From the NCBI RefSeq assembly GCF_035084215.1, contig NW_027139581.1:496001-560000 (forward strand): a stretch of DNA of 64,000 nt, written 5' to 3'. The notes under the pieces were generated by a model, which was not told the origin of the DNA, searched no databases, and worked only from the letters and a program-made list of their open reading frames with translations. The first letter of the stretch is position 1. Every line of letters begins with the position of its first letter. Both the position numbers and the translations under genes were made by a program. Origin of the DNA: Heptranchias perlo. Taxonomy: Eukaryota. Shown here in pieces: positions 25,480 to 37,751 of the stretch.

Positions 25480-28400
25480 GTAATGGTCAGTCAGGATATA
25501 TTGGGACTGATAATATAATGGTCAGTAAGGATACATGGGGGCTGATAATACAATGGTCAGTAAGGATACATGGGGACTGATAATACAATGGTCAGTAAGG
25601 ATACATTTGGTGTGATAATGCAATGTCCTGTACGGATACATGTGGGTGACAACTGAATGTTCCTCAAGGATTCTTGAATGCAGATAATGCAATGATCAGT
25701 GAGGAAACACGGGGTTTGCTAATGCAATGGTCAGAAAGAACACATTTGTATGATAATGTAACGGTCAGCATGAACACAGCGGAATGATAATACAGCAGTC
25801 AGGAAGAATACCTGGGGTTTATCCGACAATGGTCAGTAAGGATGCGTGGAGTGTGATACTGCCATGGTCAGCAACTGTAAATGGGGCAGATAATATAATG
25901 ATCACTAATAATGTGTAGGGGTGATAATGCAACGGTCAGTACGGATACTTGAGATGTGATAATGCAATGGTCGATAAGGATACTTGGATGCAGATGATAC
26001 AATGGTCAATTATGATAAATGGGGGTTATAATACAATGGGCAGTAAGGATACTTGGGGGCTGATAATATAATGGTCAGTAAGGAGAGATGGGATTGATAA
26101 TACAATGGTCAGTAATTATACATGGGGTGTGATAATGCAATGGCAATAAGGATACATCGGTGGTAATAATACAATGATCAGTAAAAATACACGGGGGTGA
26201 TAACACAATGATCCATAAAAATACACGGGGGTGATAATACAATATTCATTAAGGAAACATTGGGCCCTTAATTCAATAGTCGGTTAGAATACATGGGATC
26301 TGACATTTACATGCTCATTTAGGATATTTTAGGCAAATAATGCAATGGTCAGTGAGGAGACATGGGGGCTGATAATGGAGTGGTCTGTAAGAACACATGG
26401 TGGTGGTAATACAATGGTCAGTAAAGATAATTGGACACAGATATTACAATTGACAGTACGAATACATGCGAGTGATAATGCAATGGTCAGTAAGAATACA
26501 TGACGGTTCATAATACAATCGTCAGTCAGGATACATGGGATTGATAATACAGTGGTCAGCAAGTATACATGGGGCCTGAAAATACATGGGGGCTGAAAAT
26601 ACAATGGCCAGTTAGTATACACGGGGGCCGATAATACAATGGTCAGTAAGTAAAGATGGGTGCTGATAATATAATGGTCAGTAAGTATACATGGGGTCTG
26701 ATATTACAATGGTCAGTAAGGATACATGGCGGCTGATAATATAATGGTCAGTAAGTATACATGGGGTCTGATAGTACAATGGTCAGTAAGGACACATAGG
26801 GGCTGATAATACAATGGTTTCTAAGGATGCATGGGGTCTGATAATACGGTAGTTACTAAGGATGCATGGGGCCTGACAACACAATGGTCAGTAATTATAC
26901 ATGGGGGCTGATATTACAATGGTCAGTCAGGATACATGGAGACTGATAATATAATGGTCAGTAAGTATACATGGAGTCTGGATTTACAATGGTCAGTAAG
27001 GATACATGGGGGCAGATAATAAAATGCTCAGTGACTATACATGGGGTCTGATATTACAATGGATAGTCAGGATATATGGGGGCTGATAATACAATGGTCA
27101 GTAAGGATACATGGGGTCTGATAATATACTGGTCAGGAAGTATACATGGGGTCTGATAATACAATGGTCAGTAAGGATACATGGGGGCTGATAATACAAT
27201 GGTCAGTCACGATACATGGGGGCTGATAATACAATGGTCAGTCACGATACATGGGGGCTGATAATACAATGGTCAGTAATGATACATGGGGGCTGATAAT
27301 ACAATGGTCAGTCACGATACATGAGGGCTGATAATACAATGGTCAGTATGGATACATGGGGTCTGATAATATACTGGTCAGGAAGTATACATGGGGTCTG
27401 ATAATACAATGGTCAGTAAGGATACATGGGGGCTGATAATACAATGGTCAGTCAATATACATGGGGGCTGATAATACAATGGTCAGTCACGATACATGAG
27501 GGCTGATAATACAATGGTCAGTATGGATACATGGGGTCTGATAATATACTGGTCAGGAAGTATACATGGGGTCTGATAATACAATGGTCAGTAAGCATAC
27601 ATGGGGTCTGATAATACAATGGTCAGTAAGGATACATCGGGGCTGATAATACAATGGTCAGTAAGTATACATGAGGGCTGATAATACAATATTTACCAAG
27701 GATACATGGGGGCTGATAATATAATGGTTACAAAGGATGCATGTGGCCTGAAAATATAATGGTTACGAAGGATTCATGGGGCCTGATAATTCAATGGTCA
27801 GTAAGGATGCATGGGGCCTGATAATACAATGGTTACTGAGGATACATGGGGGCCGATAATAGTGGTCAGTGTGTAGACATGGGGGCCGATAATACAATGG
27901 TCAGTAATTATCCACGGGGAGTATTAATACAATGGTCAATAAGTATACAAGGGTGCTGACAATACAATGGCCAGTACGTATACATGGGGGCTGAAAATAG
28001 AATGGCCAGTAAGTTTACACGGCGGCTGATAATTGAATGGTCAGTAAGTGTACACGGGGGCTGACAATACAATGGCCAGTACGTATACATGGGGGCTGAT
28101 AATACAATAGTCTTTAAGTACACATGGGAGTGATAATATAATGGTGAGTAAGGATACATGGGAGTGATGATAGAATGGTCCGTACGTATACATGGCGGAT
28201 GATAATAAAATGCTCAGTAAGTATACATGGCGGCTGATCATACAATGGTCAGTAAGTATACATGGGGGTTGATAATACAATGGTCTTTTAAGTATACATG
28301 GGGGCTGATAATACAATTGTCAGTAAGTACACATGGGGGCTGATAATACAATGGTCAATAAGTATACGCGGCGGCTGATAATGCAATGGTCAGTAAGTGT

Positions 28401-28745
28401 ACACGTGGACTGATAATACAATGGTCAGTAAGGATACATGGGAGTGATAATACAATGGTCAGTAAGTATACATGGGGACTGATAATACAATGGTCAGTAA
28501 GGATACATGGGAGTGATAATACAATGGTCAGTAAGTATACATGGGGTCTGATAACACAATGGTCAGTAAGGATACATCGGGGCTGATAATAAAATGGTCA
28601 GTAAGTATACATGGGGTCTGATAACACAATGGTCAGTAAGGATACATCGAGGCTGATAATACAATGGTCAGTAAGGATACATCGGGGCTGATAATACAAT
28701 GGTCAGTAAGTATACATGGAGTCTGATAATGCAATGGTCAGTTAG
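25480..28745. repeat. 35-bp tandem satellite, ~90 copies, consensus ATAATACAATGGTCAGTAAGGATACATGGGGGCTG
   Basis: Visible 35-bp period (e.g. ataatacaat at 27401 and 27436); more diverged at the left end. Confidence 0.95.
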
Positions 28746-29207
28746 GAAGCATGAGGCAGATCTTGCCAGAAATTGTTCGGAGCGTCGAATCAAAGTTCAC
28801 CGCCGCTCCTTCGATTTAAATTAACGAAATTCCTTCCGGCGGGCTTTTCTGCGTCGAATTGTTTGAATTGGACCATGAATCCAATCCTGCTCAGTCCCCC
28901 GAGCCTCTGAGCAGCGTTGGTTGCCGCGGCTGGAAATGTCTGTGAGAGGAGAAGACACGCCCACAAAATCTGTCAGGAAGTGAAGTCACGCCCACAGCTC
29001 CAGCCTTCATTGCTCAAAGAGGTGAACAGACTTCTCATTGAAAGTTCGTGTTCTTCATGCAATTGTAAATTCAAAATAAACTTTTTATAAAAAGCCGAAT
29101 TTAAATGCATTTTTAAAAAGCAGTGGAAACTTAAATAAACAGTCTTTAAAAAGGAGTGTAAAATAAAATGAACTGTTTTTGAAAAGGCTGTTTTTACACT
29201 GAGAAAA

Positions 29208-30125
29208 ATGATGGAACAGCAAAAGATGAATGAGAAGAGGTGAAACAAATGTTGTGATGAAGACCTCTCCACACTCCTCAATGAGGTTGAGGTGAGGCTT
29301 CGGAGGCTTCTGGGGAACGGAAGTCTCGGGCGGCACAGAAAGTTAGCGTGTTGGTGTGGAAGGAGGTGGCACAGGTTCTGAGCACGAACAGCACCGTGTC
29401 ACGGAGAGCGGAACAGGGCCGCAAAAAATCAATGATTTAATGCAGTCGGCCAGGATGTATAGAGCGTTTTAGAAATTCAAAAGTTCAGATTTAATTGTGC
29501 TGAGTTTTCCGAATGCACAAACACAGGGTGTTTCTGGGTGGTGTGATCAAGGTTCAATCCAATGGCAACTGGTCGTAAAACTCATTTGCCATTGTGGACG
29601 GGCCTCACTAAATGCTTTTCGAGATCTTTTATCCCTACTCCAGAGATTTGAGGTGTTAAATTACAATTAGTGAATTAGACCCTGTCTCCAAACCCCCAAC
29701 TTATCTCTCTCACACAAACAAGCACAAACTGATTTTTGTTGTTCAATGTCCTGTCGTGTAAAATGGCTATTAACAACCGTGAGAGGTCGAAGACCGGCGG
29801 CGGTTCAGCCTTTATGAGGGAGATGACCGAGCATGAAGAAAGGGCCACTCAGCTGCAGGGCAACACTTCCAGTTTAGTGCCTGGTGTCCGATCAGACACT
29901 GGAGCGAGGAAAGGTGAGTTTCACATTCCTCTATTGGCCAGCTGCATGTTTAAAACCTGCGTGTTGTCTGAAGGATGGGAAAAGGAGATTCGAGTCTGAC
30001 CATGCTCGTGCAGCGTGTGGGCGTCTGTGATGTGACCGATGAACATGCTTCACCAGTGGAACATTTTGTTCTTCCTTCCCACAGGTGCACAGCCGTCTGA
30101 GGACACTCGGGCTGCAGCAGGTGGT
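29208..30125 (+). pseudogene. Decayed Myb/SANT-like (MSANTD/NAIF1-type) gene, probably the DNA-binding ORF of a PIF/Harbinger transposon
   Basis: Exon 1 (29208-29454) reads DEDLSTLLNEVEVR...VWKEVAQVLSTNSTVSRRAEQGRKK/INDLMQSAR with one stop and two frameshifts; exon 2 (~29755-29913) reads KMAINNRERSKTGGGSAFMREMTEHEERA; donor gtgagt at 29914, acceptor cccacag at ~30084. Confidence 0.7.
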
Positions 30126-30374
30126 GAGTCGGCGGCTGCAGAGGGTGATGGTGTTTGGGCTGCAGAGAGTGATGGTGTTTTTGCTGCAGAGGGAAAAAAA
30201 TCAGGGCTACGGGGTGGGGGGGGGGGGGGGGCAGTGGGAATAACTGGAATGCTCTTGCATGGAGCCGGCACGGACCGAATGGCCGAATCGCCTCCTTCCG
30301 TGCTGTCACCTTTCCATGTTTCTCTGATGCAAATTGAAGAAGATTTAAAGTGAGCAGTATCAAAATGCAACAAC

Positions 30375-30457
30375 TACCAGGAGTGGGGTACGAACCCACG
30401 CGGGTATAAACCCATGAGAGTTTAAGTCCAACGCTTTAACCACTCGGCCATCCTGGT
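30375..30457 (-). tRNA. tRNA-Leu(TAA), variant or pseudogene
   Basis: Minus strand ACCAGGATGGCCGAGTGGTTAAAGCGTTGGACTTAAACTCTCATGGGTTTATACCCGCGTGGGTTCGTACCCCACTCCTGGTA matches vertebrate tRNA-Leu-TAA; anticodon-stem mismatch and T-loop TTCGTAC. Confidence 0.8.
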
Positions 30458-31979
30458 CGTTTCGCAGTTTAGCGTGGTGTGTAATATTCTTGAGTCTCAC
30501 TGCTTCATTTTCATTGTCAGTCAAAGTCCAGGATGAAATGATGTGTGGAGCGGGGAAAGTGTGACAGAGAGAAACTCTGAAAAGCGTTGAAGAAGTGACA
30601 CACACGCTCAGACACATGACACACACACACACACACAGCCAGGTACACCTCTATGTGTGAGTGTGTGATGTGTCTGTCCGTGCGATCCCCGTCCGTGCCG
30701 GCTTCAATTTTTAATGAAATGACCCATTTGATGTCAGTTTGTTGAACTTTCCACGGTCCACTGTTTGAAGAAGACTCACCGTTCACATTTCCATCTCTCT
30801 GTTGGTTAAGATCCAGAATAAAGTGATTTGGGGTGCGAGGAAAAGAGTGATAAAGAGAGACACTCAGAAAGAGAGAGAGACACTGGGACAGAAAGAGACT
30901 CTCTCGGTCTGTCTGAGTCTGTGTCAGTCTCTCTCCCTCCATCTGTCCAATACCCGCAGATTTGAGAATCACAGGGTCAAAGAAGGAAACAGATTGGAAC
31001 ACATTGAGCCTGTGTCCTGTTTCAAAACCGACTCCCAGGAAAACGGCTCCGGTTGAATCGTTAAATGGTCCAAGTTTTTCCGGCCAGTTTGACCTCCTCC
31101 CTGAGATGGCGAGACACGGGGACGTGGGGCGATTAAAAGGCTTCGGAAAAATCATTTCCAATTGGATATTCTCCATCGTGGTGAGATATCCCCCCTCAGC
31201 CAGGGATTTAGTTCCCCGACGGGGAGGAAGCATCTTTAAGACGCCAACTACAAATTTTACTTCTTTGCCTCGCTTCGTCTTCAAAAGCGACAGAGAAAAA
31301 TAGAACAGAAAAAGAATGAAACAGGTGATTGTCACTTTCAGAATATTATTGAGCGGAGACTGTTTGGGGACTGAATTCTTGGGGCCCGTCTGTTGCAGAG
31401 CACAAATGTGTTCCGATCTGTTTCCTTCTTTGACCCTGTGATTCTCAGATCTGCGGGTATTAGAGAGAGAGAGGGGGAGAGACAAACAGACAGAGAGAGA
31501 GAGATACAGAGAGAGAGAGAGGGAGAGAGACAAAGACTGATCCTGAGAGACACCTTGAAACATGAAGGTGGGGGGAGAGATTTAACGATTATTCCTGTGT
31601 GTGTAATATACCTGTTTGTGTGTGTGTCTCACTTTTTCCAACGTTCTCTCTTTCTCTCTCTGTCACTCTCTCCCGCGCTCCCCACATCACGTTATTCTGG
31701 ACCTTGACGAACAGAGAGATGGAAATGTGAAAGGTCAGTCTTCTTTCAACAGTGGCCCGTGGAAACCAGGGTTCAATTTCCCGACCGGGAGGTTGTTGTT
31801 TTTTTGCCTTTAAAAGCTTCACTTTCATTTCTCTTGCAATTTATCTCCAAGTGGAGGTTTACCAGAAAGATCCCGCATACAACAATGAAATGGATGGTCA
31901 GTCAATCTGCGTTTTGGTGGTGTTAGTTGAGGGAGGAAAGATAACTTCCTTAATAATGGATTCTAACATTTTCATTTTA

Positions 31980-32200
31980 GGCACAGACACACACAGCCAT
32001 GTACACACGCAGACACTGATACACCGATAGATACTCACACACAAAGGTACACACACTGAGAGACAGACACACACAAAGGTACACAGACAGAGAGACAGAC
32101 ACACACAAAGGTACACAGACAGAGAGACAGACATACACAAAGGTACACAGACAGAGACAGACACACACAAAGGTACACACACACAGAGACAGACACACAC
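31980..32200. repeat. Compound AC/AG-rich ~30-bp minisatellite (agagacagacacacacaaaggtacacagac)
   Basis: About 5-6 visible units. Confidence 0.85.
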
Positions 32201-32319
32201 GTGTAGATTGAAACGCAGAGATGAAAGGTCATCAAATAAATGGATAAAATAGGTTCACTGAAATTTGAAGCGTGTCTAACGCCGTCTCTGGTGAGTGTCC
32301 TTTCTGTGGCCACGCCGGC

Positions 32320-32392
32320 TCCTCGTTAATACAGTGCTGAGTATCCCCGCCTGTCACTCGGGGGACCGCGGGTCAATTCGCCCGACGGGGAG
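32320..32392 (+). tRNA. tRNA-Asp(GTC) pseudogene
   Basis: TCCTCGTTAATACAGTGCTGAGTATCCCCGCCTGTCACTCGGGGGACCGCGGGTCAATTCGCCCGACGGGGAG matches vertebrate tRNA-Asp-GTC, with D-loop GG and T-arm lesions. Confidence 0.75.
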
Positions 32393-32784
32393 ATTATACA
32401 TTTGCTGCTTTTAAATGGTTCGCATTCATTTCTCTTGCAGTTTTCTGAGTGCTTCTGTGTCTTTCCTTCTCTCTGTCACTCTTTCCTCATCCCCAACAGC
32501 ATTTTAGTCAGGACTTTGACGAACAAAGTGATGAAAAATGACACAGAGCCGCAGAACTGGTCCAGTTGTCAGCCGTCGCTCAGTGGGCAGCACTCTCGGC
32601 AGCGAGCACACAATCTGCTGAAAGAAGGCTTGTCTTTCACATTTCAATCTCTTTGTCAGTAAAGATGAAATAATGTGGGGAGCGGGGGAAAGAGTGACAG
32701 AGGGAAAGAACGATAGAGAGACACTCGGAAAAGCTTTGAAGAAGTGAGACACACACAGACAGACACATGAGACACACAGCCATC

Positions 32785-33650
32785 ATAGAATCTAAGAAAA
32801 TTTGCGGCACAGAAGGAGGCCATTCGGCCCATCGTGTCCACGCCATCTGAGAAACGAGCCACCAAGCCGAATCCAACCTTCCCGCATTTGGTCTGTTGCC
32901 CTGCAGGTCACAGCTCTTCAGGTGCACATCCAGGTATTTTTGAAATGAGTTGAGGGTTTCTGCCTCTATCACCCTCTCAGGCAGTGAGTTCCAGATCCCC
33001 ACCACATTCTGGGTGGAAATGTTTTCCACATTTCCGCTCTAATCCTTCTACCAATCACTTTAAATCTATGCCCCCTGGTTAATGAACCCTCCGTTAATGG
33101 AAATAAGTCCTTCCTATCCACTCTATCAAGGCCCCTCATAATTTTGTACACCTCAATCAAATCTCCCCTCAGCCTCCTCTGTTCCAAGGAAAACAACCCC
33201 AGCCCATCCAATCTGTCATCATAGCTAAAATTCTCCAGTCCTGGTAACATCCTTCTAAATCTCCTCTGCACCCTCTCTAATGTAATTACATCCTTCCTGT
33301 AATGTGGTGACCAGAACTCTGCGCAGTACTCAAGCTGTGGCCTAACTAGTGTTTTATACAGTTCCTGCATAACCTCCCTGCTTTTATATTCTATGCCTCC
33401 TCTAATAAAGGAAAGTATCCCGTATGCCTTCTTAACCACCTTATCTACCTGTCCTGCTACCTTCAGGGATCGGTGGACATGCACTTCAAAGTCCCTCAAT
33501 TCATCGACACCTTTCAGTATCCTCCCATTTATTGTGTATTCCCTTGCCTTGTTTGCCCTCCCCAATTGCATTAACTTTACACTTCTCTGGACTGAACTCC
33601 ATTTGCCACCTATTTGCCCACCTGACCAGTCCATTCATATCTTCCTGCTT
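32785..33650 (-). mobile_element. CR1 LINE 3' part
   Basis: ORF 32969..33634 is the CR1 ORF2 C-terminus; 3' tail. Confidence 0.9.
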
Positions 33651-33659
33651 TCGTTTTCC

Positions 33660-35125
33660 AAAATTCACTGGATACAGGCGTATTGCCAGAGGATTGGAGG
33701 ACTGCTAATGTTGCACTGTTGTTTGAAAAGGGACCGAAAGATAGGCCAGTCATTCTCACCTCGTGGTGGGCAAATTATCGGAATCAATTCTGAAGGACAG
33801 GATAAACTGTCATTTAAAAGGACAGTCAAGGACAGTCAGCACGGATTTGTTAACGGGAGGTTGCGTCTGACTGAATTGATTGAATTTTTCGAGGAGGTGA
33901 CCGGGAGGATCGATGGGGGTAGCGCAATTGATGTAGTGTACATGGATTTTAGGATGGCTTTTGACAAGGTCCCACATGGCAGATTGGTCAAAAAAGTAAA
34001 GGCCCATGGGATCCAAGGGAATGTGGCAAATTGGATCCAAAATTGGCTCAGTTGCAGCGAGGAAAGGGTTAACGTCGACGGGTGTTTTTGTGACTAGAAG
34101 GCTGTTTCCAGTGGGGTGCCGCAGGGCTCCGGTATTAGGCTCTTTGCTTTTTCTTGTGCACATTAACGATTTGGACTTAAACGTAGGGGGCATGATTAAG
34201 AAATTTGCGGATGACACAAAGATATGCCGTGCGGTTGATAGTGAGGAAGAAAGCTATAGACTGCAGGAAGATATCAATGGACTGGTCAGATGGGCAGAAA
34301 AGTGGCAAATGGAATTCAATCCGGTGAAGTGTGAGGTAATGCATTTGGAAAGGGCAAACAAGGCAAGGGAGTACACAATAAATAGGATGATACTGAGAGG
34401 TGCAGAGGAATTGAGGGACCTTGGAGTGCATGTCCACAGATCTCTGAAGGTAGCAGGACAGGTGGATATGGTGGTTAAAAAGACATACGGAATGCTTCGC
34501 TTTATTAGCCGAGGCATAGAATGCAAAATCATGGATGTTATGTTAGAACTGTATAAAACACTAGTTAGGCCACAGCTTGAGTACTGCGCACAGTTCTGGT
34601 CACCAAATTACAGGAAGGATGTAATTGCACGAGAGAGGGTGCAGAGGAGATTTAGTAGGATGTTGCCAGGATTGGAGAATTTTAGCTATGATGACAGATT
34701 GGATAGGCTGGGGTTGTTTTCCTTGGAAAAGAGGAGGCTGAGGGGTGATTTGATTGAGGTGTACAAAATTATGAGGGGCCGAGATAGAGTGGATAGGAAG
34801 GACCTATTTCCCTTGGCGGAGGCGTCAATAAGCAAGGAGCATAGATTTAAAGTGATTGGTATTACTTTTAGGATTAGAGCGGAAATGAGGGAAAAAAAAA
34901 ATTCACCCAGAGGTTGGTGGGGGTCTCGAACTCACTGCCTGAAAGAGTTGTTTGAGGCAGAAACCCTTAACTCATTTCAACAATACCTGGATGTGCACCT
35001 GAAGAGCCGTGACCTGCAGGGCGACGGACCAACTGCGGGAAAGTGGGATTAGGCCGGGTGTCTCGGTTCTCAGCCAGCGCAGACAGGAAAGGCCGAATTG
35101 CCTCCTTCTGTGCCATAAATTTTCA
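33660..35125 (+). mobile_element. CR1 LINE RT to 3' end
   Basis: [48 protein letters not shown]. Confidence 0.92.
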
Positions 35126-36009
35126 ATGCTTCGATAAACAATAAAATGTATTGAGATATTGAAGCAGACTGTAAATATTGTATTGGACATTGAAATTCCT
35201 CCAGAGCCGATGAATGAGATGAAGTGGTAAAATAATGGGATAAAACTGGAACAGAACAGGGGGTTGAAATTAAAGTAAAGAGGGGCACAGATATTTGGAT
35301 TTTCAATGTGCAGGGTTAGGTTCCTTTGAGTTAACAATTAAATTGGGCTGGGGGGAAATAATATTCAGCAAAAAATTATCCATAAGGTGGATATTAGCAA
35401 CAGGATAACTGGAGAATCTTTAAAGTCCATGATTTCTTGATAATATGGCACACTTTAATTTCCTGTACAGGGTATTATGATTTTCTTTGTCTGTATCATA
35501 ATGTATAATATTAACCCAATGAAACTTGGAGCAATATGTACTTGTCTATCTGTGCTTATGTAAATCTGATGATGATAAAATATAAACTCAGGATGATCTT
35601 CGGCAGCCAAGGAGAAAGTTGAGGGTTAAAGTGAAAATTGAACCAGAGTGGTTTCACTCAGGTTCAAGAGGAGGGACTTTAAGAATATGGTTTAAAACTA
35701 GTTAAGTATCCCACCTCGCATAGCTCGCATAGCGCCCGAGACATTTAGCAAGAGGGTGATGTTGAGGGGGGCTTGGTTCAGCGTCTCAAGAGATGTGGGA
35801 ACCAATGACCTCCGCATTCCTCAGAGGAACAAATAGCTTGTAAACAGCGATAAAGGTTAATAACTACTCATATCGGAATCACGTGGAAGTAATTATTGGA
35901 GGATTAAAAACCCCTTTGTTGCCACAGTAACAGAAAAATCCGCTAATATTGTGTATCATTTGTCGTTCGGGTTCTAATTATTTGTGGTGCATTGACCACA
36001 TTAAACAGC

Positions 36010-36680
36010 TGACTGTTCGCAAACTTGGCGCCCGATTTGACCCTCGGCTGAGCTTCCAACCCTGTGTCGTCTTCATCACCAAGACCGCCTACTTCAACTT
36101 CCGTCACATCGCCCGTCTCCGCCCTTGCCTCAGCTATCCATGTCTTTGTTACCAATAGACTCAACTATTCCATTGATCTCCTGGATTATCTCGCACGTTG
36201 CACCCTCTGTAAACTTGAGCTCATCCAAAACTTTGTTGCCCATATCCTATCTCGCACCAAGTCCCGTTCACCCATCACCCCTGTACTCGCTGACCCACAT
36301 TGGCTCCCAATCCAACAATGCTTCTATGGCCTCACCCCTCCCTTTCTTTGTAACTTCCTCCAGCACTAAAACCCCCTGAGATCTCTGTTCCTCTTGCGCA
36401 TCCCCGATTTTAATCGCTCCACCATTGGCGGTCGTACCTTCGGCTGTCTACGCCCTACACTGTGGAGTTCCCTCCCTAACCCTCTCTGCTTCTCTATCTC
36501 TCTCTCCTCCTTTAAGATGCTCCTTAAAACCTTCCTCTTTGATTAAGCTTTTGGTCACCTGTCCTAATATCTCCTTATGTGTCTTGGTGTCAAGTTGTGT
36601 TTGATAATCGCTTCTGTGAAGCGCCTTGTGGCGTTTTATTGCGTTAAAGGCGCCATATAAATGCAAGATGTTGTTGTTTT
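36010..36680 (+). mobile_element. L2-clade LINE 3' part
   Basis: TKTAYFNFRHIARLRP, HVFVTNRLNYS, SPITPVLADPHWLP; tail aaatgcaagatgttgttg. Confidence 0.85.
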
Positions 36681-36999
36681 TATTGTTAACAGAATTTAGC
36701 ATGTGACTGCGGCGGACCATAACGTGAGAGGAGACTGCGAGGTGCGCCTGGTCACTGCACAGTCATTTCGCCTCTGGAGCTTGACATGAAAAGATAGAGG
36801 TCGCTTTTCTCTGATGGGACACTAGGTGGCGCAGTGGATCCTTAACTGAAGGGTCCTGGGTTCAAACACAACCCAAACAGGACGGATGCAAAATATCTGT
36901 CAGGGAAAAAGAATTGAGATCGGCAAAATATAACAGTGTGGCTTAATCTTGGAGAAAGAAATTCAGCAAAGTCCAAATTAGTCCATTTGTCATTCAAGA

Positions 37000-37005
37000 T
37001 TTATT
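37000..37005 (-). promoter_or_regulatory. Candidate polyadenylation signal of the membrane IgM transcript
   Basis: AATAAA on the minus strand ~470 bp after the TM2 stop. Confidence 0.55.
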
Positions 37006-37475
37006 AACAATTTAAAAGTTTACAATTTACAAAGAAGTTTTAAAAAGTTAACACGAACTGAATGTAACAACTTAGTGTCACATTGAGAATAGAACAGAGC
37101 CGATCTGAGCTGCCAGCTGTCTTCACAACTGTAATAGACAGCAGAGAAGGAAAACAGAGGCTCAACATAAAGGGAAGGAAACAACTGTGGATAAGGAATG
37201 AGAAAAGTTAATTATTTACACATGAATTATTAAAACAAAGGTGAAAGCGGACTCAAACTCTAAGAATCATTTACATTAGAGCGATGGTTATCTCACACAT
37301 TAATAAACATTTCAAACAGAAAGACGGAAATCCCGTTTATGTTTTTCTCAGCTATAGATGTCGATATATTAACTGACGGCGTTTCACTTTGAGAATCACC
37401 AGGAGGAATTCTTCTTTTCATAATACAGAGATGTTAATAAACAGATGTGCAAAATCCACGCCGAAATTCAACCGA

Positions 37476-37484
37476 TCACTTTAC
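37476..37484 (-). CDS. IGHM: IgM TM2 exon (VK-stop)
   Basis: Acceptor ccctcttttacag followed by GTA AAG TGA; gives the canonical KVK cytoplasmic tail. Confidence 0.9.
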   Translation of the reverse strand, partial: VK

Positions 37485-37623
37485 CTGTAAAAGAGGGATA
37501 AAAGAATGAAGCAGATATTTAGTGGTCCGTGCATTTATCTCAGGGTTTTTATGAATGAAACTTTCAGAGGCTTTTCAAACCGCTTCATTCAGATCAAAGT
37601 GTCACTGGATTGAATCTTCTCAC

Positions 37624-37751
37624 CTTCACCAGAGTGACGACAGCGCTGTAGAAAATGCTCAGGAAGAACAGAATGATGAATGTGGAAGCGGTTGTCCAGA
37701 TGTTGCCGCTCTCTTCCTCATAGTCTTCAACCCAGACCTGGTTTATGGAAT
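37624..37751 (-). CDS. IGHM: IgM TM1 exon DSINQVWVEDYEEESGNIWTTASTFIILFFLSIFYSAVVTLVK
   Basis: Acceptor ctccatccccgtag, donor AAG|gtgaga; conserved antigen-receptor TM motif WTTASTFIxLFxLSxFYS. Confidence 0.95.

Noticed and set aside
30517-31563. 348-aa minus-strand ORF
   Set aside because: It runs through GA/CT microsatellites and the inverted repeat, and has no recognisable domain
36820-36880. tRNA gene
   Set aside because: Only A-box and B-box-like remnants (ggtggcgcagtgg...gggttcaaac) without a cloverleaf; likely a SINE head relic
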